A stretch of DNA of 64,000 nucleotides from a virus. The position numbers and the translations under genes were made by a program. Below, piece after piece: positions 9,068-17,500 of the stretch. The notes below the pieces were generated by a model. That model did not search any database. It was not told where the DNA came from and saw only the letters and a list, made by a program, of their open reading frames with translations. Each line of letters starts with the position of its first letter. Position 1 is the stretch's first letter. The stretch lies in IMG/VR virus record IMGVR_UViG_3300045303_000172, positions 1 through 64,000 of that record; one strand, 5' to 3'.

Positions 9068-9384
9068 AAAACGAAAAGACCGCCGAAGAACTCTTTGACT
9101 ACAACATCGTCCGCCGCTGGAAGGAGCGCGAGCAGGCGAAGAAGCTGAGCCAGTTGCATTCAAAGCTGAGCGAATTCCTGAACGACTTCAAAACGGCCAG
9201 TTCAACGATCCTTGCACGGACACAGCCGGAATACGAGGAACCCATGGCCAAATACTTCGTGTCACAGTTGGGCGCAATAGAACTCTGCCTCATGCTCGTT
9301 CGGACATCGAGCGAAGGCATAATTTTTAGTCCCAAGGGCTGGCAAAAGGAAACTCCGCGACCGGCTGACCCGTCGGCAAACTGA
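9064..9384 (+). CDS. Hypothetical protein
   Basis: ORF in operon. Confidence 0.65.
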   Translation: MKNEKTAEELFDYNIVRRWKEREQAKKLSQLHSKLSEFLNDFKTASSTILARTQPEYEEPMAKYFVSQLGAIELCLMLVRTSSEGIIFSPKGWQKETPRPADPSAN

Positions 9385-9385
9385 T

Positions 9386-9817
9386 ATGCGACGCCGTCTC
9401 TCCTTTTTCAAAGTCTACGGCCCCGTCGACCCAGCAGCGGAGGAACGGAGGATACTCGCCCGGATGTTTACGACGCCTTGGCAGCAATTCCAGCCACACG
9501 AACCAGATCGACAGTTCGTAAACGACTTCTTTTCCGGGCGATCCATTGACGCTTCACTTTACAACTGCGTCATGGTCGAACCTCCGCGGCGAACGCTTCG
9601 CACTCGCGTCCACACCGTCGCTTTCGACGACGCCGAGTTCAATCGAGCAGTCGAAGCGATAAAACTCGGCGGTTTCAGCGGAAACAAGATGCACAAATTC
9701 TGGCCTGCCGCACTCCCGCCAGTCGCCGCCGTGGACTGGAGCCCTCCCGAGATTCGCCCTGACTGCGAGTTTCAGCGGGAGCCCGCAGCTAATCCGATTC
9801 GGAACTCGTTCGTTTAG
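9386..9817 (+). CDS. Hypothetical protein
   Basis: Starts 1 nt after previous stop. Confidence 0.6.
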   Translation: MRRRLSFFKVYGPVDPAAEERRILARMFTTPWQQFQPHEPDRQFVNDFFSGRSIDASLYNCVMVEPPRRTLRTRVHTVAFDDAEFNRAVEAIKLGGFSGNKMHKFWPAALPPVAAVDWSPPEIRPDCEFQREPAANPIRNSFV

Positions 9818-9839
9818 AAACACCCAACAAAGGAACACC

Positions 9840-10115
9840 ATGAGTATCGCCTATCATCCTGCCCCAGAGATAAACTCTTGCATTGAACGAGAAGCCGCCG
9901 AGGCTGAGCGCATTGATATGGCCGCTGGATACCCGCCTCGCTGGTGGCAATGCCCAGACTGCGGAGCATCTCACAATCGAGGTCACTTCGGAGTGATTGG
10001 AAATCACCGTTGCCTCCGGTGTGGCTACACTGGGGATGGAGGTGTCATGGCGGAAACCAGAGATGGCTTGGCTCAGGGCAGTGCGACTGATTCCGGTAGG
10101 GTTCCACCCTATTGA
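9840..10115 (+). CDS. Zinc-finger hypothetical protein
   Basis: AAGGA RBS; CPDC...CLRC. Confidence 0.7.
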   Translation: MSIAYHPAPEINSCIEREAAEAERIDMAAGYPPRWWQCPDCGASHNRGHFGVIGNHRCLRCGYTGDGGVMAETRDGLAQGSATDSGRVPPY

Positions 10116-10145
10116 CCGCCGCTTTGCCCAGTGCCACGCTTAACC

Positions 10146-10553
10146 ATGCCTATTTCCATTCCTGACCGTGCTGACGTCTTGGCTGACCATCTCAACGGTG
10201 TGAACAACACTATCCAATCCCTTCACGCGAAGGCCATGAGCCTTAACGAATCGGACCTCATCGTTGTTCGGCGTGCGGACCTGCAATCGCTGGTGACGGA
10301 ACTGACTGCGTTGCAGAAGCTCGCCTTGGTGGACCCAACAGTCACCGCAAAGCCCGCTCCTGCCGCCGCTCCTGCGCCCATTCTTCCGTCCCCCCCTGTG
10401 GACGTGCCGCCGCCCACCCGTGGAGCCGCCTACGATGCCCTGGAACGCTCCGGTATGCCCTACGAGCAATGGGTCGTGCAGACGCCAGAGGGTCGCGCCT
10501 GGGTTGCGGAGCACACTGCCAAGCCGCACGCTTCGCATAAGAAAGTTGCTTGA
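10146..10553 (+). CDS. Hypothetical protein (coiled coil plus Pro-rich linker)
   Basis: Own promoter TTGACC(10112)-17-CACGCT-5-ATG. Confidence 0.7.
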   Translation: MPISIPDRADVLADHLNGVNNTIQSLHAKAMSLNESDLIVVRRADLQSLVTELTALQKLALVDPTVTAKPAPAAAPAPILPSPPVDVPPPTRGAAYDALERSGMPYEQWVVQTPEGRAWVAEHTAKPHASHKKVA

Positions 10554-10584
10554 CGGCTGCTTTGCAATCGGCGAGAGTCGCGAC
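10550..10584 (+). promoter_or_regulatory. Leaderless-type promoter
   Basis: TTGACG-17-GAGAGT-6-GTG(10585). Confidence 0.6.
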
Positions 10585-10704
10585 GTGCTGACTAGTCTAC
10601 AGCGTCACATGATCGCCTCCAATTTCGGATACGTTCAAGCGTTCGGGTTCCGCGCAAGCGGGCCGGAAGAGATCGCCGGTAGGCTAGATCCGAACCATTA
10701 CTGA
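10585..10704 (+). CDS. Putative 39-aa leader peptide
   Basis: GTG at predicted +1; stop 3 nt before a terminator hairpin. Confidence 0.45.
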   Translation: MLTSLQRHMIASNFGYVQAFGFRASGPEEIAGRLDPNHY

Positions 10705-10707
10705 ACT

Positions 10708-10742
10708 GCCCGCCCTGAGATCCGGGGCGGGCGATTCTTTTT
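10708..10742 (+). terminator. Intrinsic terminator / attenuator hairpin
   Basis: GCCCGCCC-9nt-GGGCGGGC then GATTCTTTTT. Confidence 0.7.
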
Positions 10743-10744
10743 AC

Positions 10745-11175
10745 GTTCAATACCTCATTCGCGCTGAACGCGAGGGCTTCGGCACTTGGTTTAATGAAAC
10801 ATCAGCTATCAAGATCGCCGATCAGCAGTCCTTCCCGTGGGTTAAATGCCTGCGGGACGAGCGTAAAGGCTTCTCCAGTTGTGCCAGCCAGTAATGGCGG
10901 GTGGCGGCAGAAAGCAGGGGTTACTTCACCCTGCCCCGAATTAGCACACAAGGACCGGGTAATCTGTCATAACGCGAAAACTGTCCAGGACCCCAGGACT
11001 TTAGTGGGGCGAACACAGCAATCACGTTGGTCACGCGTAACGGGTGGGCAATTCCCCCGCCCGGATCGAGCAAGCACTCGGCGTAACAGGTCTTGACGGT
11101 TAGGCTTAGGGCGCCCCTGATGAAGGGGTTCGTGCGTTTCCTCTAAGTCGTTGCAACTCAACGTTGCAAGTTTTT
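10745..11175 (+). ncRNA. Candidate large structured non-coding RNA, family unassigned
   Basis: No credible CDS in an otherwise gene-dense genome; many hairpins, GTAA and TTCG loops, terminal hairpin plus T-run. Confidence 0.55.
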
Positions 11176-11241
11176 CTCATTGGGTTGGCCGCGTACTTTG
11201 ATGAACACAGCATTCGAATTCAGATTAAGAGCCAGTCGCTT

Positions 11242-12036
11242 ATGACAGAATCCTTGGTCCCTCAAATCTGGTCCTGCGGAGGCGGCACCCAATCCTGCGC
11301 CATCGCCGCCCTGATCGTTCAAGGCCGACTCCCGAAGCCGCACCTGTCCGTCATAGCGGACACCGGGCGCGAGATGCCGACGACATGACAGTACCTGGAC
11401 GCCGTTCTTCGCCCCGCGCTCGCCAAAGTTGGAGTTGAGATAGTTCGCGTGAAAAAGGACGAATGGGCGACCCCAAGGGGTCGCCTCCTGTTTGCAACCA
11501 GCGGCCAGTTGATGATTCCGGCTTACACGAATCAGAGCGGGGAAGCATCGAAGCTGTCCGCCTTCTGTTCGGCCGCTTGGAAACAAGAAGTCGTGGACCG
11601 CTGGCTGTCGATCACGCACGACCTGACGCGCAGTAAATACGTCAAGTGGATCGGGTTCTCCCGCGATGAGAAAACCCGCATCCTTCGAATGCAGAACGGC
11701 GAAGAATGGAAGTCCGGCCTGATCCGGTTCCCGCTGCACGATGACTTTCCGATGCGGCGGCACGAGGCTATCAAGCTCGTTCAGGACATGGGTTGGCCAA
11801 AGCCGCCACGCAGCCGGTGCTTCGATTGTCCCAACCAGTCGGACATGGAATGGTATGAGGTTAAGACAGATTACCCAGAACTGTTCGCCAGCGCCGTTGA
11901 ACGTGACGAGACTATGCGTCAGCGTGATCCGCACGCTTTCCTGCACAGCTCGGTAAAGCCCCTCCGGGACGCAAACCTTGATCCGAAGGAAGACTTGTTC
12001 AGTGCCGGGTGCGCGAGTGGAGAGTGCTTCCTTTGA
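11242..12036 (+). pseudogene. PAPS-reductase-like (PP-loop) phage protein with in-frame TGA at 11386-11388
   Basis: SCGGGTQS, ADTGRE.PTT*QYL, IGFS.DE..R, FPL, PPRSRCFDCP, C-terminal C.SG.CF; both ORF-track pieces share one frame. Confidence 0.8.
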
Positions 12037-12056
12037 ACCTAACCCCAAATTCTCCC

Positions 12057-12398
12057 ATGAATGCCGAACTTGCTCCGTCGCTATGGACTCAATCTCCATC
12101 CGTTATATCGGAATGCATCTCGATTCTCCAAACCCTGCTCGAACTCCACCGGAAGATGCGTTTCTTTGGTGACGAGTTCCTTCCGTTGGACGCGCCCTGC
12201 GATACTTGCCGACCTGGCCAGCCAAGAGCCGATAGTCCAGCCGTAGCGTTACTTTGTTCACTCGGAATCGCACGCTACTGCGCGACCTGTTCGGATGACA
12301 GTGTGCCTGATTGCTCAATACGGCTTTTGATTTGCAGGAAGGCGGACGCCGAAGAAATTGTGCGGCGCTACACCAATAAACTAGCCTCCATCCTATGA
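12057..12398 (+). CDS. Hypothetical Cys-motif protein
   Basis: CDTC...CATC; ORF in operon. Confidence 0.55.
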   Translation: MNAELAPSLWTQSPSVISECISILQTLLELHRKMRFFGDEFLPLDAPCDTCRPGQPRADSPAVALLCSLGIARYCATCSDDSVPDCSIRLLICRKADAEEIVRRYTNKLASIL

Positions 12399-12745
12399 AT
12401 GCCGAAAATCAACCACTGACCGAAAGCGAGAACGCGCTTATTGCCGCCGTTCGCGCCTCTGAAACACACAACTGCGTTGACTGCGGACGGCCGCTGATAC
12501 GCAAGGATCACGTTTTCTTGCCACCCGAGGAAAGATTTTCTGGACGGTGCTATGAGTGCCGCGAAAAGCAACGACCCGCGCCGTGCGAACCGATCACCAC
12601 CGGAAACGAACCGATTGTTGGCGGTGATTGGACATTCAAAGAGGCAGCGGAGCAGTCCATCTTGGCTGATTTTGGGAAAGACCGAACTTGCCCACAATGC
12701 GAGCAGCGCGTTGAAAAGTGCAACTGCTGGATGGGGCGTTCTTAA
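12395..12745 (+). CDS. Hypothetical zinc-finger protein
   Basis: Several CxxC pairs; ATGA coupling. Confidence 0.6.
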   Translation: MNAENQPLTESENALIAAVRASETHNCVDCGRPLIRKDHVFLPPEERFSGRCYECREKQRPAPCEPITTGNEPIVGGDWTFKEAAEQSILADFGKDRTCPQCEQRVEKCNCWMGRS

Positions 12746-12895
12746 TTTGGAGATTGGATCAGAAATGATGAGCGACGGTAATACAGGCAGCGGCCAGAGA
12801 GCCCTCGAAAGAGGAAAGCTTCAACGCGTCGGACGATGCCGCAGGGATGCGGATGAATGCTATGCCCAATCTCCTTTCCTTAGGAATCCAAAGAC

Positions 12896-13114
12896 ATGAA
12901 ACTATCCGAACTATTACGAAACGCACAAACGACGTTCGACCGGCACGGCGATATGGAAGTCTGGATCGAGGCACTCCCCGGAGAGCAAATCGACGCCTCG
13001 GACACCGAAATTGATACCACCAGGATCGGTGGTCGCGCCTTCACGATCATGTCCGAAGACGCGGACAAATGGCGCAACGCACGCGAAGACGCGGTAATGG
13101 GGCATCGCTTATGA
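12896..13114 (+). CDS. Hypothetical protein
   Basis: MKLSELL...HGDMEV, a common small phage ORF pattern. Confidence 0.65.
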   Translation: MKLSELLRNAQTTFDRHGDMEVWIEALPGEQIDASDTEIDTTRIGGRAFTIMSEDADKWRNAREDAVMGHRL

Positions 13115-13332
13115 GTTTGCCAGTCTGCCCTCGATGTAGAAGGCGCATGCATTACGAAGATACGCGAGACGAAGAAGGGCGCGTTGAACAAGCTTGGTAC
13201 GAGTATCCGTCTTGCGACATCAAGCTTCCAATCAGCTACCGCATCTTTCGCAACTGTAACGTCTGTGGGCGCACGCTCCTGCGCGAGGACGAGTTTGCCG
13301 CCGGAGTGTGTGCCATCTGCGCCAACGAATAA
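13111..13332 (+). CDS. Hypothetical zinc-finger protein
   Basis: CxxC pairs; ATGA coupling. Confidence 0.6.
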   Translation: MSLPVCPRCRRRMHYEDTRDEEGRVEQAWYEYPSCDIKLPISYRIFRNCNVCGRTLLREDEFAAGVCAICANE

Positions 13333-13339
13333 AATCCAA

Positions 13340-13585
13340 ATGACGACCTTTCTTGACGGCCCAGCCAAGGGTCAATGCCTGTCGCTTAGGCGATCTCCAG
13401 AGTTGTTACGAGTCGTCGAACTCAACGGCAAATGGGATGCCCTAGACCAGCCAGAGGACGAGCCGAAACCAGGAGAAAAGGTCCACATTTACCGCTTAGT
13501 TGAGCATCTTGGTTCAGCCATGCTATGCCGTCGAGGCGGTGGGGGCGGGCTTTGCCAGATTGCCAAATACAAACTTGACGTATGA
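13340..13585 (+). CDS. Hypothetical protein
   Basis: FLDGPA.G...LR.V...WDALDQ. Confidence 0.65.
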   Translation: MTTFLDGPAKGQCLSLRRSPELLRVVELNGKWDALDQPEDEPKPGEKVHIYRLVEHLGSAMLCRRGGGGGLCQIAKYKLDV

Positions 13586-13854
13586 AACCTCGATGGATGA
13601 GGCGGCGGGTAGCTTGCCCCGAATGCGGACAGTGCTACGGAATTGATGGCCCAGCTAACCCGAAAGGCGAGCTCGATCTACACAAAGCCATGCCGCCCAC
13701 CTACAAATTGGGGCCTGGTGGTGGCGCAACCTACCCGAAAGGCTTTACCTGCCTGACCTGCAAGGCGCATTTCGCGGTTGGAGACTTCTGGGATGAACAA
13801 CACGAGAAATGGGATCGAACCATGAAGGAGGAAGACGATGCCATCGACGCTTAA
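13582..13854 (+). CDS. Hypothetical zinc-ribbon protein
   Basis: CPEC...CLTC; ATGA coupling. Confidence 0.6.
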   Translation: MKPRWMRRRVACPECGQCYGIDGPANPKGELDLHKAMPPTYKLGPGGGATYPKGFTCLTCKAHFAVGDFWDEQHEKWDRTMKEEDDAIDA

Positions 13855-14098
13855 AATCCCATCCCACACCGAGCACCACTGCGAGCCGTGCGAATTCCAC
13901 AAGCGCACCGGAGCCTTGTTCGTGCGTTGCGGCGAAGGCTCTTGGATTCGTTATGCCTGCACTCATCCAGACGCATTTAGTCCACCGCTTCAATCACGGG
14001 GAATGTTCGCCCAAGAAGGCCGCGACATTGGCAAGACAGAGAAGCAACCGGATTGGTGCCCACTCAAACGAGAGAAGTCACGGGCGGACGGGGCTTAG
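13838..14098 (+). CDS. Hypothetical protein
   Basis: GGAGG RBS; CEPC...PDWCPL. Confidence 0.65.
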   Translation: MPSTLKIPSHTEHHCEPCEFHKRTGALFVRCGEGSWIRYACTHPDAFSPPLQSRGMFAQEGRDIGKTEKQPDWCPLKREKSRADGA

Positions 14099-14116
14099 GG
14101 CAACCAAGAGAAAAAT

Positions 14117-14308
14117 ATGCTGAACCTACCCATCACCCGCAGCCAAGGCGAGATGCTCGTCGATCTGCTGGAAGGCGAGCCAACGATTGAGTCTCAGGAC
14201 GAGCGCAACGAGCTGGCCGCTGAAATCCGGCGACTTTTCGGCATGAGCACGAAGGAAAGATCCGACGAAGTTAAGCAGAAGTTCGGACCGATCACCAAAT
14301 ACACCTAA
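14117..14308 (+). CDS. Hypothetical protein
   Basis: Short ORF in operon. Confidence 0.55.
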   Translation: MLNLPITRSQGEMLVDLLEGEPTIESQDERNELAAEIRRLFGMSTKERSDEVKQKFGPITKYT

Positions 14309-14342
14309 ACCTTCCGCATCCTGATCCCTCTGGAGCCGCCAA

Positions 14343-14594
14343 ATGAAATTCATCGAACACCTTCGAGCGCATCAGTTTTACCGCCTCATCTGCGCTGAGA
14401 TGGGTTGGAAATCCGAACTTCCAGCGATCCGCCCGCGCCCGAAGTGGTTCCACCTCCTCAAGCGCAAGCCCGACGGAAACTGGTCGCTCTCCATGATCCT
14501 GCTGGATAAATGGCTCGTTACACCGTGGGAGAAACTCTGGTTCCGATTCTGGGATGCTTGCGTTTGGGTAGCGCTTAAACTCGGCGTGCTCTGA
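14343..14594 (+). CDS. Hypothetical Trp-rich protein
   Basis: Last + strand ORF; its end overlaps the end of the convergent giant gene. Confidence 0.55.
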   Translation: MKFIEHLRAHQFYRLICAEMGWKSELPAIRPRPKWFHLLKRKPDGNWSLSMILLDKWLVTPWEKLWFRFWDACVWVALKLGVL

Positions 14595-17500
14595 TCCCTC
14601 TCGAGTTACGACCTCTCAACCCGAAGCTCTTTACTCGAGCCGAACGCACTCGCGAACCACGCAAGCCTCGAATACCGTGGCTTCGAAGCCCTCGGAGCCC
14701 TGATTTAGTGCGGCCGCCACCCCGGATACCAACCACTCTCGGCACTCCGCCACCGCCCGCAATTCCACCGCCCACGGCTCCGCTGGTGGACAATCCAGGC
14801 GCGGCGCTTTGTCCACCCATGATCGAGCCGCCCCCGCGCAATCCGACGCTCCCAGCGCCTATTCCAGCGCCACCTGCAGACGCCCGGAGGCCGATAGACC
14901 GACTGGGAGCAGACATGGGCGCAGGACCCAGCGGACTCGCTGGCGCACGACCACCACCTCCACCGCCTTCCTCGTGGATATAATCAGGTTCATTGAGCCC
15001 AAACTCACGGGCGTAGGCTTGTCGACCTTTGACGAAGGTGTCCAATTCAGCCAACTGATCGGCTGGCAGAGACTTCCGTAGCTCAGCCATCTCCTTGTCT
15101 GTAAGATTGCGCCCATACGTGGCCATGAACGGGTTACGTGCGATGATGGACTTGTCGAACGCAGCTTCCGCATCGTCTCGGTCCTTGCCCGCTTTCACCA
15201 GGGCGTCAACACCCGCCTTGCGTTCGGTTCGGACGGTTGCCATGTCTGGGCCGCCAGTGCGGGACAGGGCGTTCACCACATTGTCCACCATGGCGCGGGC
15301 GGGGCCGTATTGAATGGCGCCGGTCTGGTAGGTGTTCGGTTTGATCTCGACGCCGACGGGGGCGTTGGCCGTCAGGATGGAGCGGACGTTGCTTTCCGTG
15401 TTCAACCCTTCACGGGACGCCACCCGGTTTAATAGCATCGCGGAGTCGGGAACGAACTGGCGGTAGAGATCGAAGAAAGGCCGAACGATCTGTTTGGTCT
15501 GCCACGCCTTCGAGAACGTCTTCATCACCGACTCGGCCATGCTCAGCGGGAAAAGCTGGATGCCATAAGCTGACATTCGTGAGCCCGGAGCCGCCGCCCC
15601 GAACAGGTTGACGACGGCCCGGCCAAGGATTGGCATCTGCCCGGCCATGTTCTGCACGTCTGTCAGGACAGCTTCCCCTGGGGTGCGCGACTTCCAAATG
15701 GGCCGGATCTGCGTTTCTTGGTTGTAGAAGAACTTTCGAATCCATGCGGCCAGTGGTTGGTAAACGGCGCCGAACGCGGACAGCAGAACGATCAGCGTTG
15801 CCATGTCCTGGAATTTCTCCAAGTCCTTCCACACCGCATGACGCGGATCTCGAGACCATTCCGAGAACGAGCGCGCGAGCTGGGCGTTATCGTTGGCGCC
15901 GTAGCCGAACATGAGCCCCGCCCACCGGCCAGCCTGCGTCTTGTAAAATGGGCGATTCTTGAACCCGGACTTGTTGATGTAATCCGCCGCACCACGGACG
16001 AGTGACTCGTATTTTTCGGGTGTGAGGAACTCGCGGAGCGTGATCGGAGGCGCCCCCGTCTGCCGACGCTGCCAGAATCGGATGAGTTCTTGGTCAAGGT
16101 TGATCCCCTCGGCGTCGAAGAAAGCCTTCAGATTAACCAAGTCGGCCGGCCGCGCATCCTTGCGCCCGAAAACTTCCTGGGCCGTTAGAACGGTCTTGCG
16201 CGGATCCAGTCCAAGTGTTGCCCGCGAATCGAGCGCCCGCTGGCTGAACCGGAACACCTCGCCGAGAATCCGGTTGGCCACGGTATCGGCCAGCATGTTG
16301 TTGACGGTGTCCACCGCCCCGACGCCCATCGAACGCGGCATCGGCACGGAAAGACTTTGCAACCCCATCTCGTTGGCGAGCAGGATGCCGGTCTTGAATG
16401 TGCCCCAGGCTTTGGACGCTGTGGTCTGTTTGCCTTCCCGGAGCTGGCCACCGCTCTGCCAATGGGTTAGGAGCGCATCCCAGTTGTAGCGCAACGGATC
16501 ATCGTCCTTGACGCCGATCTTCTGGAGCATCTCGACGCGGCCCTGCTGGCGCATCATGTAATCGGCAATGCCTCCCGCGAACTTTGCCCAATAGGATTGG
16601 TTGTTGTGCAGGTAATCAGCCATCGCCTTCATCTTCGGCGTGACTTCCGGCTGGTTCAGGATCGCACCAAGGATGCCTCTGACGGTGTTCGCTCCGTGCT
16701 CAGCCAGATACTTCGCGCTGTAGTAGGTGCCACCGATCACCGGATTGCGTTGCATCCAATTGTGGCCGGAGCGCAAGAGCGTCATCTCAAGCCACGCCTT
16801 CTTGAACGGCGCACCCATCCAATTCTGGAGCATTGTCGGCTTTCGGGACAGAACGGTATTAGCAATCAGGCTGCGCGTGATCGAGAGCGGCTCCAGCAGC
16901 CAATGATCGTAAGCCTTCCCGCCGTCCACATACCCGGCGATGTCTTTCAGGATAAGCCCAACCAGCGCCTCGTTCTCTTTGGCTTCCTCGAAGTTCAGGA
17001 AGTTCTCGCCGTTGATCTGGCCTTGGCGAATCGACTCCGGACTGGCCAAGCCTTTCAGGATCGCATCCTTCCAATCGTTCACCTGCTTCTGGATTGCCCG
17101 GTGCAAGCTCTGGACCTCGTTGACGTACCGCTGGGCGAAGATTTCACCAATTGAACCACGAATTCTGGCCTGCGATTCCTCGGTGCCGACGTGGTAGGTG
17201 TAAAGCCCGCGGGGAAGGATCTGCTTGCCGCGAGGCCGGTTCATGAAGTTCTCAGCCGACGTTACGTCGATGCGCGTCTTGTCCGGGTCAAGGATGTGAT
17301 CCTCGCGCTTTTCGTCCGCCGTGAACCGCGTAATTGTGCCGTCGATCTCTTTAAGGATCTGCTCACGGATGTCAGCCTTGGCCATCTGCTGATCAGGCGG
17401 CAAGTTCCGTTGGCGTCCGAAAATCTCGTCCACCAGGTCGGCGACAGAGTTGATATGCGTCTTTCCGGTAAGATCGCGCTGGCTCTGCAGGTCCTGGTAA

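Noticed and set aside
11110-11150. Hammerhead ribozyme at CTGATGA
   Set aside because: No GAAA core after a stem II; the bases form a simple CCCCT/AGGGG hairpin.
10745-11175. tRNA genes or group I intron
   Set aside because: Only T-arm-like hairpins without a cloverleaf or GTTCRA; no convincing P7 pairing or interrupted host gene.
11386-11388. Genome-wide TGA recoding
   Set aside because: Many genes end at TGA in tight ATGA/GTGA overlaps and Trp is encoded by TGG elsewhere.
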